DNA from: an uncultured Alphaproteobacteria bacterium
Lineage (GTDB): Bacteria > Pseudomonadota > Alphaproteobacteria > Sneathiellales > Sneathiellaceae
DNA length: 64,000 bases
Reading direction: 5' to 3'
Assembly: GCA_963971675.1 (NCBI GenBank)
Contig: CAXASQ010000014.1
Location: 2,166-66,165 of the forward strand
The notes under the pieces are model-generated. The model was not told the DNA's origin and did no database searches. It saw nothing but the letters and a program-made list of their open reading frames with translations. The position numbers and the translations under genes were made by a program. Position 1 is the stretch's first letter; the number at the start of each line of letters is the position of its first letter. Shown one piece after another: positions 1 to 10,019 of this stretch.

Positions 1-583
1 ATTTCTGAAGACTTCGTAATCGCCTGAATTTCAGCATCGCCTGCTCTCGTCGCCGGAACGGGAGATGGGAGTTTTCACAGCGATTGTTCTTCCAACGGCC
101 TGTTTCTTGCGATGCCTCTTTGCCAATTATCTTCATCGCAGCACGGTAAGAACGTAATCTATCCGTCACTATTTTATGCGGTCTTCCATATCGCTTTATG
201 ATTTTCTTGAGGAATTTCAACGCAGCATTACGATCGCGTCGCTTGGAAACAAAAGCTTCCAGCACTTCACCTTCGTGATCAACGGCCCGCCACAGATAAT
301 GGGCTTCACCGTTGATCTTCACGAAGACTTCATCGAGATGCCAGCGCCAGTTCGAATAATTTTGAGGTAGATTGACCCGCTTCTTACGGATCTCACTGGC
401 AAATAACGGACCAAATCTGTTCCACCAATAGCGCACGGTCTCGTGGCAAATGTCGATACCACGCTCATGAAGAAGGTCTTCGACATTGCGAAGTGAAAGC
501 GGAAACCGGACATACATCAGCACAGTCAGGCGGATGATCTCCGGTGACGTTTTAAAATAGCGAAAGGGATTATGTTTTGTCAT
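1..583 (-). CDS. IS6-family DDE transposase, N-terminal ~194 codons (3' end outside window)
   Basis: Absent from the supplied ORF track because it has no stop inside the window. Hand translation of the minus strand from ATG (583-581) to base 1 is uninterrupted: MTKHNPFRYFKTSPEIIRLTVLMYVRFPLSLRNVEDLLHERGIDICHETVRYWWNRFGP...WHLDEVFVKINGEAHYLWRAVDHEGEVLE...PHKIVTDRLRSY...NNRCENSHLPFRRREQAM. The DEVFVK / VTD / NNRxENSH contexts match the IS6 DDE triad. Confidence 0.85.
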   Translation of the reverse strand, partial: MTKHNPFRYFKTSPEIIRLTVLMYVRFPLSLRNVEDLLHERGIDICHETVRYWWNRFGPLFASEIRKKRVNLPQNYSNWRWHLDEVFVKINGEAHYLWRAVDHEGEVLEAFVSKRRDRNAALKFLKKIIKRYGRPHKIVTDRLRSYRAAMKIIGKEASQETGRWKNNRCENSHLPFRRREQAMLKFRRLRSLQK

Positions 584-641
584 GCTCGGAGGCTAGTCGA
601 CGAGAAAATGACCATCAAGCCATTTTCTTCTGACAATACCC
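1..641 (-). mobile_element. IS6-family insertion sequence, partial (continues beyond left window edge); inner end approx 639-641
   Basis: Carries the IS6-type transposase below. About 58 nt upstream of its ATG the minus strand reads GGGTATTGTCAGAAGAAAATGG, which resembles IS6-family termini. At exactly this point the neighbouring recombinase ORF loses its conserved C-terminus. The boundary is inferred; the other IS end is outside the window. Confidence 0.7.
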
Positions 642-1544
642 TTCCAAGGTTTTGCATCGCTCGTTCATTAAATGCACCAATGTTTTGCGAAAGCTATGCG
701 GGGTATATTCCGGCAATTGCACAACGGCAAAGGCGTGACGAATTATTGAAATAAACTTGGCGGGCGATGAGTAGGTTTCCCGCGATAATTTTTCAAACAC
801 AAACTGTCCTTCTTTCAATTCTTGCAATGGCTTCGGAAATAACGCGTCCTCTGGTCCGAACAGTTTTTCGTCTCGCAGGAACTTCACCCAGTTTTCGAAG
901 CAATCGAGATACATAACGCCAACTTGAAAAAACGTCGTTGTGAATGTCTTGGCGTTCTTCGTTTTCACCTGCCTCGCATCCTGAAAAACGGATCCATCGA
1001 AGAGATTGATATGTTTTAACCTAAATGATGCTACAGCCCCATCCCGCGCTCCTGTGAGCATCAGAAAGGCAAAGAGGGCCTTATCACGTCTCTCCAGCTC
1101 TGAGCCTTCTGGCATGGCCTGAAACGCGTGCGCGGCTTGCTGCATGGACGGATAGGGGATATCACGCTGAGCATGCGCCACTCGAGCATTTTTGGCGTTA
1201 TTGTTAAAATACTCTGTATCCGAATAGCTAATCCGAGATTTATAACCAGACTGTCCGGCCAACCAATGGAAGAACGCTTTTACTGTGCGCAAAGCTGCAT
1301 CCGTTGTCGAATGACTGAGAGGTTTTCCGGTGACTGGATTGCGAGCCCTATCTAGATAGGCTTTGAACTTACCAGCTTGATCAATGTGGAATTTTTTGAA
1401 GGGCTTGTAATTGGTGCTTTCCTCGAATTTCAGAATAGCCGCTGCAACTTTATCCAACGACTTTTCATCCTGCCCTTTCGCTTGCCGCAAGTAAGCAAGA
1501 TAAAACCGCTTCATACGTTCGTTTTCCTCACAAAACTTTCTCAT
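615..1544 (-). pseudogene. Tyrosine recombinase/integrase, C-terminally truncated by the IS6 insertion
   Basis: The 309-aa ORF has LTGARDGAV (catalytic Arg region) and HSFRKTL (H-x-x-R box). It ends ...CKTLE then GYCQKKMA-stop, so it lacks the final LGH...Y segment with the catalytic Tyr. The last 8 codons are read from the putative IS terminus (615-641). Confidence 0.65.
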
Positions 1545-1596
1545 ACGTCACATCCTTTCGCCAAATGATGATTTAAAGGGCGCTTGATAGGTTCCT

Positions 1597-2022
1597 TTAG
1601 TCTTGTTTTGGCGGTCTAACGACAATCTCCAGAACCTTCGAAAAGTCGTCTAAATCAGCAGCTTTTACAAAGCGATTGCAGGCACTTTCACACACCGAAC
1701 ATAAGGCCATTAAGCGGCCGGTTTGTTCGCTTAATGGCACATAATCAGCGAGCATTCCGAATGGCTTTCTAGGCGCTTTACAGCGAAAGCAATTGAACTC
1801 TTCTAGCTCCAGCGGCGACTTGCCTTTTTTGGATAGGCCGTCGACAAAGTTTTTTAGAATAAAGCCGAGAATAATTGAAGGTCGCTGGCTATTGAGGACT
1901 AGCAATCCAGACTTGATCCAAGCGCGTATGGTTTGCGGCGTCACATTACACGCTTCAGCCGCTTCGCTGATGTCGTAGCTACGATTGATTTTGATCTTGC
2001 GAGAGGAAATGCGTTTGGCCAT
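1597..2022 (-). CDS. HTH DNA-binding protein with C-terminal Cys4 (CxxC...CxxC) motif, mobile-element associated
   Basis: Start trimmed to MAKRISS (ATG 2022). The N-terminus YDISEAAEACNVTPQTIRAWIKSGLL is an excisionase/MerR-like HTH. The C-terminus has CFRCKAPRKP...CSVCESAC. Its ATG overlaps the upstream stop by 1 nt (TAATG). Confidence 0.6.
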   Translation of the reverse strand: MAKRISSRKIKINRSYDISEAAEACNVTPQTIRAWIKSGLLVLNSQRPSIILGFILKNFVDGLSKKGKSPLELEEFNCFRCKAPRKPFGMLADYVPLSEQTGRLMALCSVCESACNRFVKAADLDDFSKVLEIVVRPPKQD

Positions 2023-2234
2023 TAGCTTTGCGCACCCTTGCAAGGGTCTACGCGATTGGCCTCCGCCCAAACGTTCAGGTCAGCTCCGCGATAGATGATT
2101 TTGCGACCAAGCCGGTAGAACGCCGGTCCCATGTTTTTGTGTCGCCATTGAGCCAGCTTGTCACGGTCGCCAATCAGGTCAAGTTCGGGGTCGCCAAGTA
2201 CATAGTTTCGGTTTTGATCGAACAGATTTGCCAT
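2022..2234 (-). CDS. AlpA/excisionase-family small HTH protein
   Basis: 70 aa; ...GPAFYRLGRKIIYRGADLNVWAE is the typical excisionase-family HTH-wing signature. It is translationally coupled to the next gene. Confidence 0.6.
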   Translation of the reverse strand: MANLFDQNRNYVLGDPELDLIGDRDKLAQWRHKNMGPAFYRLGRKIIYRGADLNVWAEANRVDPCKGAQS

Positions 2235-2375
2235 TTAGAAGCCTCTTTGGGTTTTTCTATATGGCTACGTATTATGGGCATTTTTTTAGGCTTTGATACA
2301 ATTGTGAATCAGCGGCTAGCTGATTGACTAGGAACAGAAACGCCCTTAGCTGAACTCAATAAAATCTAAAACCGC

Positions 2376-3263
2376 TTAACCGGTTTCTGGAAAAAGTTCA
2401 TAATAAGCCTTGCTATATTTCGGCTCACTGGCAAAGCATGTTAAGTAATGCTCAAGTTGTCCGCGTCCCTGTGTCCAAAGGTTAGGGTTTTGCGAGGCTG
2501 CATCCTGACAGGCGAGCCGTGCAACGTCCAAAGGCTTCAAACGGGATAATGCAGGATTTTGCGAAATCAAGTGTTCCAAGCATTTGAACAGATGGTCCAG
2601 CCTAGCTTCTTTGCGGTCTCGCGACTTTCCTTTCTTCCCCCGCTCTTTGTAGCTTTCCTCGTACTCACGCGCCTTTCGCGCATCAGGTTCCAAAGTCGCG
2701 AGGTTCTGAGCACTAGAAAACAGACGTCCGACACAAAAACCTATCTCAAATTCGGAGGAATACACGCCTTCCGTCCCATTAACTTTATCCAGAACCTGCA
2801 TTAACTGTAAGGCCGCGACGATATCCACCTCCAGCCTGCTATAATCCCTTTTCGGATCAAATTTTGACGGTGATATTTGCAGCTTGTCTGCCATGTCAAA
2901 GAGGTGCTTAAGCTCTATCTCGCAATCAACGGCATTATTGCTAAGGATGTGATCCAAACAATTCGAGAAACTGCCGTACTGCTCTTCAAATAGGTCCTCA
3001 CGCACCAGAAACCGACGAACATTTCGGCCTGAGTGTCTGATAGCAAGGATATGGCCATCGAATGGCCCGCTTACCGCAACAAATATAGCATCGGCAATCG
3101 AAGTAGCATAAAGCAAAGGCCCATGTTCTATGATAGCGTCATATAGTTCTCGAAAAGACTTGTACGGCTCTCGCACCCGCAATCCATCTTTTAACGCCAA
3201 CCCTCGCAAAGATGATTCTTCATCCACCCAATCGGCAAGCTCTAGATCACGTATTTGCTCCAT
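2376..3263 (-). CDS. Hypothetical protein (island cargo, no recognisable domain)
   Basis: Long ORF, start trimmed to MEQIRDLE (ATG 3263), 13 nt after the integrase stop on the same strand. It has a charged K/R/E-rich linker (KAREYEESYKERGKKGKSRDRKEAR). I recognise no motifs. Confidence 0.55.
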   Translation of the reverse strand: MEQIRDLELADWVDEESSLRGLALKDGLRVREPYKSFRELYDAIIEHGPLLYATSIADAIFVAVSGPFDGHILAIRHSGRNVRRFLVREDLFEEQYGSFSNCLDHILSNNAVDCEIELKHLFDMADKLQISPSKFDPKRDYSRLEVDIVAALQLMQVLDKVNGTEGVYSSEFEIGFCVGRLFSSAQNLATLEPDARKAREYEESYKERGKKGKSRDRKEARLDHLFKCLEHLISQNPALSRLKPLDVARLACQDAASQNPNLWTQGRGQLEHYLTCFASEPKYSKAYYELFPETG

Positions 3264-3276
3264 TGTAGAAGTAGCT

Positions 3277-4476
3277 TTACTGTCTCTCAAAGCGCAATAC
3301 CTCCCCACTAGAACCAGAAACAAACATTGACCACCGTTCCATCAGTGCCCGGCGCTTTTCAAGCAAGTCCGACCGCGCATAAGCCCGTTCAACATCATTT
3401 CCAACCTTATGTGCCAAGCTCATTTCTGCGACTTCTCTTGGCGCATTAGCGACTTCGCTCGCCCAATCGCGGAAGGTGGACCGGAACCCGTGAACCGTGA
3501 CGCCTTCAATCTGCATCCGGCGCAACAGCATCAGCATGGCCATGTTTGATAACGGCTTGTGACGCTTTTGACCTTCAAACACATAGTCAGATTGCATTGC
3601 GCGCAAAGGTTCAATAATCGCCAACATTTCATTGGTCAAAGGCACCCGGTGCACTTCGCCGCCCTTCATCCGATCCGCTGGGCAGGTCCATAGCCGTGCA
3701 TCAAAATCAACCTCTCCCCATTGCATTCCCAAAACCTCACCTGTGCGTGATCCGGTCAGACAAGTAAACATCAACGCTTTGGCAGCCATTGCATCGCGGG
3801 TTTTCAGATCCGCGTAGAAAGTTGGCACTTCTTGCCATTGCATGGCCTTATGATGCTTGGGCTTGGCCTTCACCTTCGGCAACACCTGTGCACCGTGAAT
3901 CGCTGTTACCGGATTCTCACCCGACCGAAAGCCCTTGGATTTGGCTACATCCAAAACGATCTTAATCCGTTGTGCCAAACGCCGTGCAGTTTCGTGCTTT
4001 TCGGTCCAAATTGGTGACAGACACATTAGTACCTCTGGCTGGCCAATACAATCTACCGGCAGCCGCCCAATCTTGGGGAAAGCATAGTCGCGCAGAGTGT
4101 TGATCCATTGCGCCCCATGCTTGGCGTTTTTCCACGTCGGCATCCGTTCAATATGAACCTGCCCCGCGATTTCCTCAAAACAGGGTATCTCGCGACTGGA
4201 ATTAAATCGAGGGTTTAAGCCTTGTTTGGCCATCCGCCGATATTCCAGCGCCCGTTCCCGCGCTTGGTTGAGTGTCACCACATCCGCCCCGCCCAAACCG
4301 AAGTCAGTGCGAAGTGGTGCGCCTTTGATATTGCGCTGTCCCTTGACCACCACCCGCACGATCCAGCGCCGCGCACCCGAAGGGTCAACAACCAGATAAA
4401 GTCCGCCACCATCGCCGTGGCGTCCTGCACCCAAATTCTCCACCAGCTTCTTGGTCAGCTTACCTGTAAGGGCCAT
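3277..4476 (-). CDS. int: P4-type tyrosine integrase (Arm DNA-binding/DUF4102 N-terminus)
   Basis: 399 aa. N-terminus LTKKLVENLGAGRHGDGGGLYLVVDPSGARRWIVRV; catalytic region TGSRTGEVLGMQW..., HGFRSTFRDW, LAHKVGNDVERAYARSD. The start lies 149 nt from the tRNA-Ser 3' end. Confidence 0.9.
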   Translation of the reverse strand: MALTGKLTKKLVENLGAGRHGDGGGLYLVVDPSGARRWIVRVVVKGQRNIKGAPLRTDFGLGGADVVTLNQARERALEYRRMAKQGLNPRFNSSREIPCFEEIAGQVHIERMPTWKNAKHGAQWINTLRDYAFPKIGRLPVDCIGQPEVLMCLSPIWTEKHETARRLAQRIKIVLDVAKSKGFRSGENPVTAIHGAQVLPKVKAKPKHHKAMQWQEVPTFYADLKTRDAMAAKALMFTCLTGSRTGEVLGMQWGEVDFDARLWTCPADRMKGGEVHRVPLTNEMLAIIEPLRAMQSDYVFEGQKRHKPLSNMAMLMLLRRMQIEGVTVHGFRSTFRDWASEVANAPREVAEMSLAHKVGNDVERAYARSDLLEKRRALMERWSMFVSGSSGEVLRFERQ

Positions 4477-4480
4477 AATT

Positions 4481-4500
4481 CATACCACATTCCATACCAC
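4481..4500. repeat. Direct repeat CATACCAC-N4-CATACCAC in the integrase leader (possible arm-type or regulatory site)
   Basis: Read directly: cataccac attc cataccac, beginning 5 nt upstream of the int ATG. Confidence 0.35.
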
Positions 4501-4624
4501 CCAAAGTAACAATACGGACGCAATCGAAAGAAATCCAGAAAAATCTATATATGCAAAAATCCCCTATAAAGCAAAGAAAAAGGCCGCTCAAGGCGACCCA
4601 TTCAAATCAGCAAAAAAGGTAATC

Positions 4625-4714
4625 TGGCGGAGGGAGGGGGATTCGAACCCCCGATACGGTTCCCCGTATACACACTTTCCAGGCGTGCGCCTTCAGCCAC
4701 TCGGCCACCCCTCC
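4625..4714 (-). tRNA. tRNA-Ser (anticodon GGA), with encoded CCA
   Basis: The reverse complement reads GGAGGGGTGGCCGAGTGGCTGAAGGCGCACGCCTGGAAAGTGTGTATACGGGGAACCGTATCGGGGGTTCGAATCCCCCTCCCTCCGCCA. It has a 7-bp acceptor stem, anticodon loop CT-GGA-AA, a long variable arm and a GGTTCGAATCC T-loop. Confidence 0.9.
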
Positions 4715-4902
4715 GCAAGGCGCCCGTTTTTTTGCAGGGCGCGCGGGGGAATATACTTGAGAGCGGCGAGAATGCAAGGCTTCAAACCCCACTTCATGAA
4801 ATAAAATAGCCGCCATGACAATCCGGTGACGCGATACCGTAAGCTTTGAATTCCCGCGCATTTCCGCGTAAGATGCACTCTTGATCAATCAGGAGCAAAG
4901 AT

Positions 4903-5220
4903 ATGATTATCGGCCGGATCCTGGGCTGGCTGTTCGTCGGCGGCGCGTTCGTCATTCTCGGCTATGACCTGCTCCAGTTTCTGGGCAGCCAGAGCTGGAA
5001 TGTCCTTCTGCTGGGCGAGCTGTGGTTCAAGCTTGATGCGGGCAGCCTCAACCTCGTGCAGGCCGTCATCCAGCGCTATATCTTTCCTGCCCTCTGGGAC
5101 CCCGTCATCGTCACCGTGCTTCTCTGGCCGGCCTCGCTGCTTTTTTTGCTGATCGGCCTGTTACTGCTGTTTTTCTTCCGCAAGAGAAAGCGCGCCGAAG
5201 GACACGGCTTCATCAGATAA
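4903..5220 (+). CDS. Small integral membrane protein (3 predicted TM segments)
   Basis: 105 aa, hydrophobic stretches ILGWLFVGGAFVILG and VTVLLWPASLLFLLIGLLLLFFF, preceded by aggagcaaagat ATG. Confidence 0.5.
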   Translation: MIIGRILGWLFVGGAFVILGYDLLQFLGSQSWNVLLLGELWFKLDAGSLNLVQAVIQRYIFPALWDPVIVTVLLWPASLLFLLIGLLLLFFFRKRKRAEGHGFIR

Positions 5221-5232
5221 CAGCCTTCCCCC

Positions 5233-7035
5233 TCAGTCATCCCCCATCTTGAGGGCCGCAAGGAAGGCTTCCTGCGGGATTTCCACATTGCCGACGGAGC
5301 GCATGCGCTTTTTACCCTTCTTCTGCTTTTCCAGCAGCTTCTTCTTGCGGGTGATATCGCCGCCATAACATTTCGCCGTCACATCCTTGCGCATCGCCGA
5401 AATAGTCTCCCGCGCAACAACCTTGCCGCCGATGGCCGCCTGCAGGGCAATCTTGAAAAGCTGGCGCGGGATCAGGTCCTTGAGCCGCTCGCAAAGCTGC
5501 CGGCCGCGTGATTCCGCCTGGGCGCGATGCACGATCATGGCGAGCGCATCGACCGGATCGCTGTTGACCAGGATCGTCATCTTGACGAGATCGCTTTCCC
5601 GATAACTGTCGATTTCATAATCAAAACTAGCGTAACCGCGCGTCACCGATTTCAGGCGATCATAAAAATCGAACACCACCTCGTTGAGCGGCAGCTTGTA
5701 AACCACCATCGCCCGGTTGCCCGTGTAGGTCAGATCCGCCTGCACGCCGCGCTTATCCTCACAGAGTTTCAGCACCTGCCCGAGATATTCGTCCGGCACC
5801 AAGATGGTCGCCTTGATCCACGGCTCCTCGATATGATCAATCAGCGTCACATCGGGCATATCCGCCGGGTTGTGCAGCTCCATCATGTCGCCATTGCGCA
5901 TATAAAGGCGGTAGACGACCGAAGGCGCGGTGGTAATCAGATCGAGGTCAAACTCCCGCTCCAGCCGCTCCTGAATGATTTCAAGATGCAGAAGGCCGAG
6001 GAACCCGCATCTGAAGCCAAAACCGAGCGCCGCGGAGGTTTCCGCTTCGAACGAGAAGCTCGCGTCATTGAGGCGCAGCTTGCCAAGGCTCGACTTCAGT
6101 TCCGTAAAATCGGCGGCATCCACTGGAAACAGGCCGCAGAAAACAACCGGCTGGTTCGGCTTGAAGCCAGGAAGCGGCGTCGCCGCGGGTTTGCGATCAT
6201 CGGTGATGGTATCGCCCACCTTGGTGTCGGCCACCTGCTTGATGGCCGCGGTCATAAAGCCGATCTCGCCTGGTCCCAGCTCATCGACGACAAGCCCCTT
6301 CGGCGTGAAAACGCCAACGCGATCGACGAGGTAACTGGCCCCGGTTTCCATCATGCGGATTTTCTGGCCCTTTTTGATCACGCCCGCACGCACACGAAAC
6401 AGCACGACGACACCAAGATAGGCATCGTACCAACTGTCAATCAACAGCGCCTGCAAGGGGGCATTTCGATCCCCGGTCGGCGCGGGAATATGAGCGACAA
6501 TCGCCTCCAGCACCTCATCCACGCCCTTGCCGGTCTTGGCCGAAATCGGTATCGCGCCGCTCGCGTCGATGCCGATCACATCTTCAATCTGCTCCACCAC
6601 CCGGTCGATATCGGCGGCAGGCAGATCCACCTTGTTCAGCACCGGCAGGATTTCGTGATTGACCTCAATCGCCTGATAGACATTGGCGAGTGTCTGCGCC
6701 TCCACGCCCTGGCTGGCATCGACAACCAGAACCGACCCTTCACAGGCGGAAAGCGACCGGTTCACCTCATAGGCGAAATCCACATGGCCCGGCGTATCAA
6801 TGAGATTGAGAGTATATGTCTCCCCGTCCTTCGCCGTATAGAGCAGCCGGACCGTCTGCGCCTTGATGGTAATACCGCGCTCGCGCTCGATATCCATGCT
6901 GTCGAGCACCTGCTGCTGCATCTCGCGATCATCAAGGCCGCCGCACATCTGGATCAGGCGATCGGCCAGCGTCGATTTCCCATGGTCGATATGGGCAATG
7001 ATCGAGAAGTTCCGGATTTTACTGAGGTCTGTCAT
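5233..7035 (-). CDS. lepA: Elongation factor 4 (LepA)
   Basis: 600 aa; [34 protein letters not shown] GTPase motifs and a LepA C-terminus. Confidence 0.95.
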   Translation of the reverse strand: MTDLSKIRNFSIIAHIDHGKSTLADRLIQMCGGLDDREMQQQVLDSMDIERERGITIKAQTVRLLYTAKDGETYTLNLIDTPGHVDFAYEVNRSLSACEGSVLVVDASQGVEAQTLANVYQAIEVNHEILPVLNKVDLPAADIDRVVEQIEDVIGIDASGAIPISAKTGKGVDEVLEAIVAHIPAPTGDRNAPLQALLIDSWYDAYLGVVVLFRVRAGVIKKGQKIRMMETGASYLVDRVGVFTPKGLVVDELGPGEIGFMTAAIKQVADTKVGDTITDDRKPAATPLPGFKPNQPVVFCGLFPVDAADFTELKSSLGKLRLNDASFSFEAETSAALGFGFRCGFLGLLHLEIIQERLEREFDLDLITTAPSVVYRLYMRNGDMMELHNPADMPDVTLIDHIEEPWIKATILVPDEYLGQVLKLCEDKRGVQADLTYTGNRAMVVYKLPLNEVVFDFYDRLKSVTRGYASFDYEIDSYRESDLVKMTILVNSDPVDALAMIVHRAQAESRGRQLCERLKDLIPRQLFKIALQAAIGGKVVARETISAMRKDVTAKCYGGDITRKKKLLEKQKKGKKRMRSVGNVEIPQEAFLAALKMGDD

Positions 7036-7098
7036 CTAGGCGCTTTTAAACTCATTTTCTGCTCATCCAAGTAACAGCTTTACGGACAAATTCAATTG

Positions 7099-7554
7099 CT
7101 ATTTTAGTGACGGCAAGGCGACCTTGGAAAAGGTGCCATTGCCAGACGGGATTTTCATGATCCCTGATGCGCTAAAAACGGTCTCGCCATCCGCCGTCAG
7201 GGTACAGGTTGCAAAGATCATTGATCTGGTTCGCCGCGTCACCTGCGTCCGCCCCTCCAGCCACGCGCCATTCGGCGTCGGGGCAACAAAATCGCACGAC
7301 ATATGAACCGTCGGCAGGAAAACGCGCATGCCCGAGGCGGCCTGCGCCCCGACGCCGAGTTGCATATCAGCAAACGTCATCAGCAATCCGCCATGGCAGA
7401 TGTTGGCCGGATTGCAGTGCTGGTCGCCGACCCGGAGTCCGAGATGGGCAGCCCCCTCTTCATACTTCACCAGCAAGGGTCCGCAGAGTTCGATAAAGCC
7501 CATGGCGCCCGGGAACTCCATAAAGCCTTCCGGTATGTTTTTTGTCATTTTCAT
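7099..7554 (-). CDS. PaaI-family hotdog-fold thioesterase
   Basis: 151 aa; NPANICHGGLLMTFADMQLG motif typical of PaaI/YbgC-like thioesterases. Confidence 0.7.
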   Translation of the reverse strand: MKMTKNIPEGFMEFPGAMGFIELCGPLLVKYEEGAAHLGLRVGDQHCNPANICHGGLLMTFADMQLGVGAQAASGMRVFLPTVHMSCDFVAPTPNGAWLEGRTQVTRRTRSMIFATCTLTADGETVFSASGIMKIPSGNGTFSKVALPSLK

Positions 7555-7616
7555 TCTCTCCAGAAAGGAACAAGGGGAGCCGAGACCGGCCCCCCTCCCC
7601 TTCGCAAGGGCATTTC

Positions 7617-10019
7617 TTAATGGCGCAGACTGCCGCCTGTCGTCTTTTGCACATTGCTGATTATTTTTGCCGCAACCGCCTCGATTTCCTCTTCGGTCAA
7701 AGTCCGGTCTGTAGGTTGCAAGCGCACCGAAAGTGCCACCGACTTGCGGCCTTCAGCCATTTTTTCCCCCTGATAGATATCGAAGATGGAAACATCCGTT
7801 ATCAGCTTCTTTTCGCTGCTGCGGATCGCCCGAATGAGGCTTTCGGCGGATGTTTCCACATCCACTTCAAAGGCGAAGTCCCGCTCCACCGACTGATAAT
7901 CGGAAACCACGAGCGGCGGACGCGCCGTTTCTCGCGATTTCGGTAATGGAATACTATCCAGATACACCTCAAACCCGACGATTGGGCCCTTCACCTTCAT
8001 GACATCGAGGATACGCGGATGAATCTCGCCAAAAGCGGCGAGGCGATTCTTCGGGCCCAGCTGCATGACGCCGGAGCGACCGGGGTGATACCATTCCGGT
8101 GCGCCTTCAACGATCTGCACCGACCCCGCCGGGCCGCCCATCGCGTCCAGCAGGGCGAGAACATCGGCCTTGGCGTCATAGGCATCAACCTTCCGTCCTG
8201 CCCCGCTCCAATGGCGCGGGGCCGTGACGCCGACGCGAAGACCGCCCGCTGCCGTAATCTGTCCATCCGGTTGGTCGGAGTGATATTCCGAACCAACTTC
8301 AAACAGGGTGATATCGGAAAACCCGCGCGCCTGGTTACGCCCGACCGCCGAAATCAGATTAGGCAGAAGTGACGGGCGCATTGCGTTAAGATCCGCACTG
8401 ATCGGATTGACGAGAACAATATCATCTGCCACGCCGCCAAACAGATCCCCATGCGCACGCGACAGGAAGGAGAAGGTCACCGCCTCCATCATTCCGCGCG
8501 CCGCAAGGGCACGTTTTGCGATCCGAACGCGACGTTGTTTTGCGTTCACCGCCGGTTTCGCCACCACATTTTCAAGCGGCAGGGGAACCGCGGGTATATT
8601 GTCATAGCCGAACATACGGAGGACTTCTTCCACCAGGTCGGCCTCCCCATCCACATCCATACGCCAGGACGGCACCGAGGTTTCGATAACCTCCCCCGCC
8701 TCCTTGGGCGCAAAGCCCAGACGGTCCAATATGGCGATCATGTCGCTTTCCGGCACCGTGACGCCCCCAAGTTCCTTAACCCGGCTTTTGCGCAGCGTGA
8801 CAGATTTCTGCCAGTTCGGCCCGTCCCCTGCCACAACGACATGGCTCGGCTCTCCGCCGCAAAGGCCCAGCACAAGGCGGGTGGCAATCTCCATCGCATT
8901 ATCGACGAAGGCCGGATCGACGCCACGTTCAAACCGGTAGCGCGCATCGGAAAGGATTCCGAGCTTGCGCCCCGCCATTGCAATGCGGATCGGATCGAAC
9001 AGGGCGGCCTCGATAAACACATTCGTCGTGACATCGGTACAACCCGACTCCTCGCCCCCCATGACACCGCCAATGCCAAGCGCACGCGCATCATCGGCAA
9101 TAACGCAGATGTCATCGGAAAGCTCATATTCCTCCCCGTCGAGGGCGAGCAGCGTTTCACCTTCCGTTGCCAGCCGCGCCTGAATACCGCCTGTCACCTT
9201 GTCTGCATCGAACACATGCAGCGGCCGCGCGAGGTCATAGGATATATAGTTGGTGATATCGACCAGCGCCGAGATGGGCCGCAAACCGATAGCCCGGAGT
9301 TTATCCTGGAGCCATTTCGGGCTCGGGCCGTTTTTCACCCCGCGTACATATCTACCCACAAATTTGGAACAGGGCAGCGGATCAACATTCCCGAAGCTGA
9401 GGCGGACCCCGATGGGGCTGTCAAATTTGCCTGCCACCGCCGTTGTATCAAGCGGCTTCAGGGTGCCAAAGCCGCTTGCCGCAAGATCGCGGGCAATCCC
9501 GTAAACGCCGAGGGCATCCTGATGATTGGGCGTGATGGCAATTTCCAACACCGGATCATCCAGCCCGGCGATTGTCGCAAAAGACGCGCCGATCGGCGTT
9601 TCCTCCGGCAGGTCAATAATCCCGTCATGCTCATCGGAGAGGCCCATTTCCCGCTCCGATACCAGCATGCCGTTGCTTTCCACACCGCGGATCTTGCTCG
9701 GCTTAAGCCACAGGTCCGTTCCCGGAACATAGGAGCCGGAGGGGGCGAAGACGCCTTTCATGCCGGTGCGGGCATTGGGGGCGCCGCAGACGACCTGCAC
9801 GACACCTTCCCCCGTATCAACCTTGCACACCCGCAGGCGATCCGCATCCGGATGCTGAACCGCCTCAACAACATGGGCAACCGTGAAGGCGGCCAGTTCC
9901 CGCGCCCGGTCGGTAATTTCTTCCACCTCAAGGCCTATGGCGGTCAGCCGTTCGGACAGTTCGTCAAGCGTCGCGTCATACTCAAGATGTTCTTTCAGCC
10001 AGGAAACCGTGAATTTCAT
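7617..10019 (-). CDS. pheT: Phenylalanine--tRNA ligase beta subunit
   Basis: 800 aa; [13 protein letters not shown]-terminus, tRNA-binding, B3/4, B5 and FDX-ACB regions. Overlaps the pheS stop (ATGA). Confidence 0.95.
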   Translation of the reverse strand: MKFTVSWLKEHLEYDATLDELSERLTAIGLEVEEITDRARELAAFTVAHVVEAVQHPDADRLRVCKVDTGEGVVQVVCGAPNARTGMKGVFAPSGSYVPGTDLWLKPSKIRGVESNGMLVSEREMGLSDEHDGIIDLPEETPIGASFATIAGLDDPVLEIAITPNHQDALGVYGIARDLAASGFGTLKPLDTTAVAGKFDSPIGVRLSFGNVDPLPCSKFVGRYVRGVKNGPSPKWLQDKLRAIGLRPISALVDITNYISYDLARPLHVFDADKVTGGIQARLATEGETLLALDGEEYELSDDICVIADDARALGIGGVMGGEESGCTDVTTNVFIEAALFDPIRIAMAGRKLGILSDARYRFERGVDPAFVDNAMEIATRLVLGLCGGEPSHVVVAGDGPNWQKSVTLRKSRVKELGGVTVPESDMIAILDRLGFAPKEAGEVIETSVPSWRMDVDGEADLVEEVLRMFGYDNIPAVPLPLENVVAKPAVNAKQRRVRIAKRALAARGMMEAVTFSFLSRAHGDLFGGVADDIVLVNPISADLNAMRPSLLPNLISAVGRNQARGFSDITLFEVGSEYHSDQPDGQITAAGGLRVGVTAPRHWSGAGRKVDAYDAKADVLALLDAMGGPAGSVQIVEGAPEWYHPGRSGVMQLGPKNRLAAFGEIHPRILDVMKVKGPIVGFEVYLDSIPLPKSRETARPPLVVSDYQSVERDFAFEVDVETSAESLIRAIRSSEKKLITDVSIFDIYQGEKMAEGRKSVALSVRLQPTDRTLTEEEIEAVAAKIISNVQKTTGGSLRH

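Noticed and set aside
4451-4888. Track ORFs (117 aa plus, 93 aa and 61 aa minus) overlapping tRNA-Ser
   Set aside because: They run through a canonical tRNA gene and its flanks, so they are spurious.
5527-7074. 515-aa plus-strand ORF covering almost all of lepA on the opposite strand
   Set aside because: Mirror-frame shadow ORF of a highly conserved gene. Its composition is R/H/G/L-rich and low-complexity, with no SD and no recognisable motif. Such stop-free antisense frames are expected in GC-biased coding DNA.
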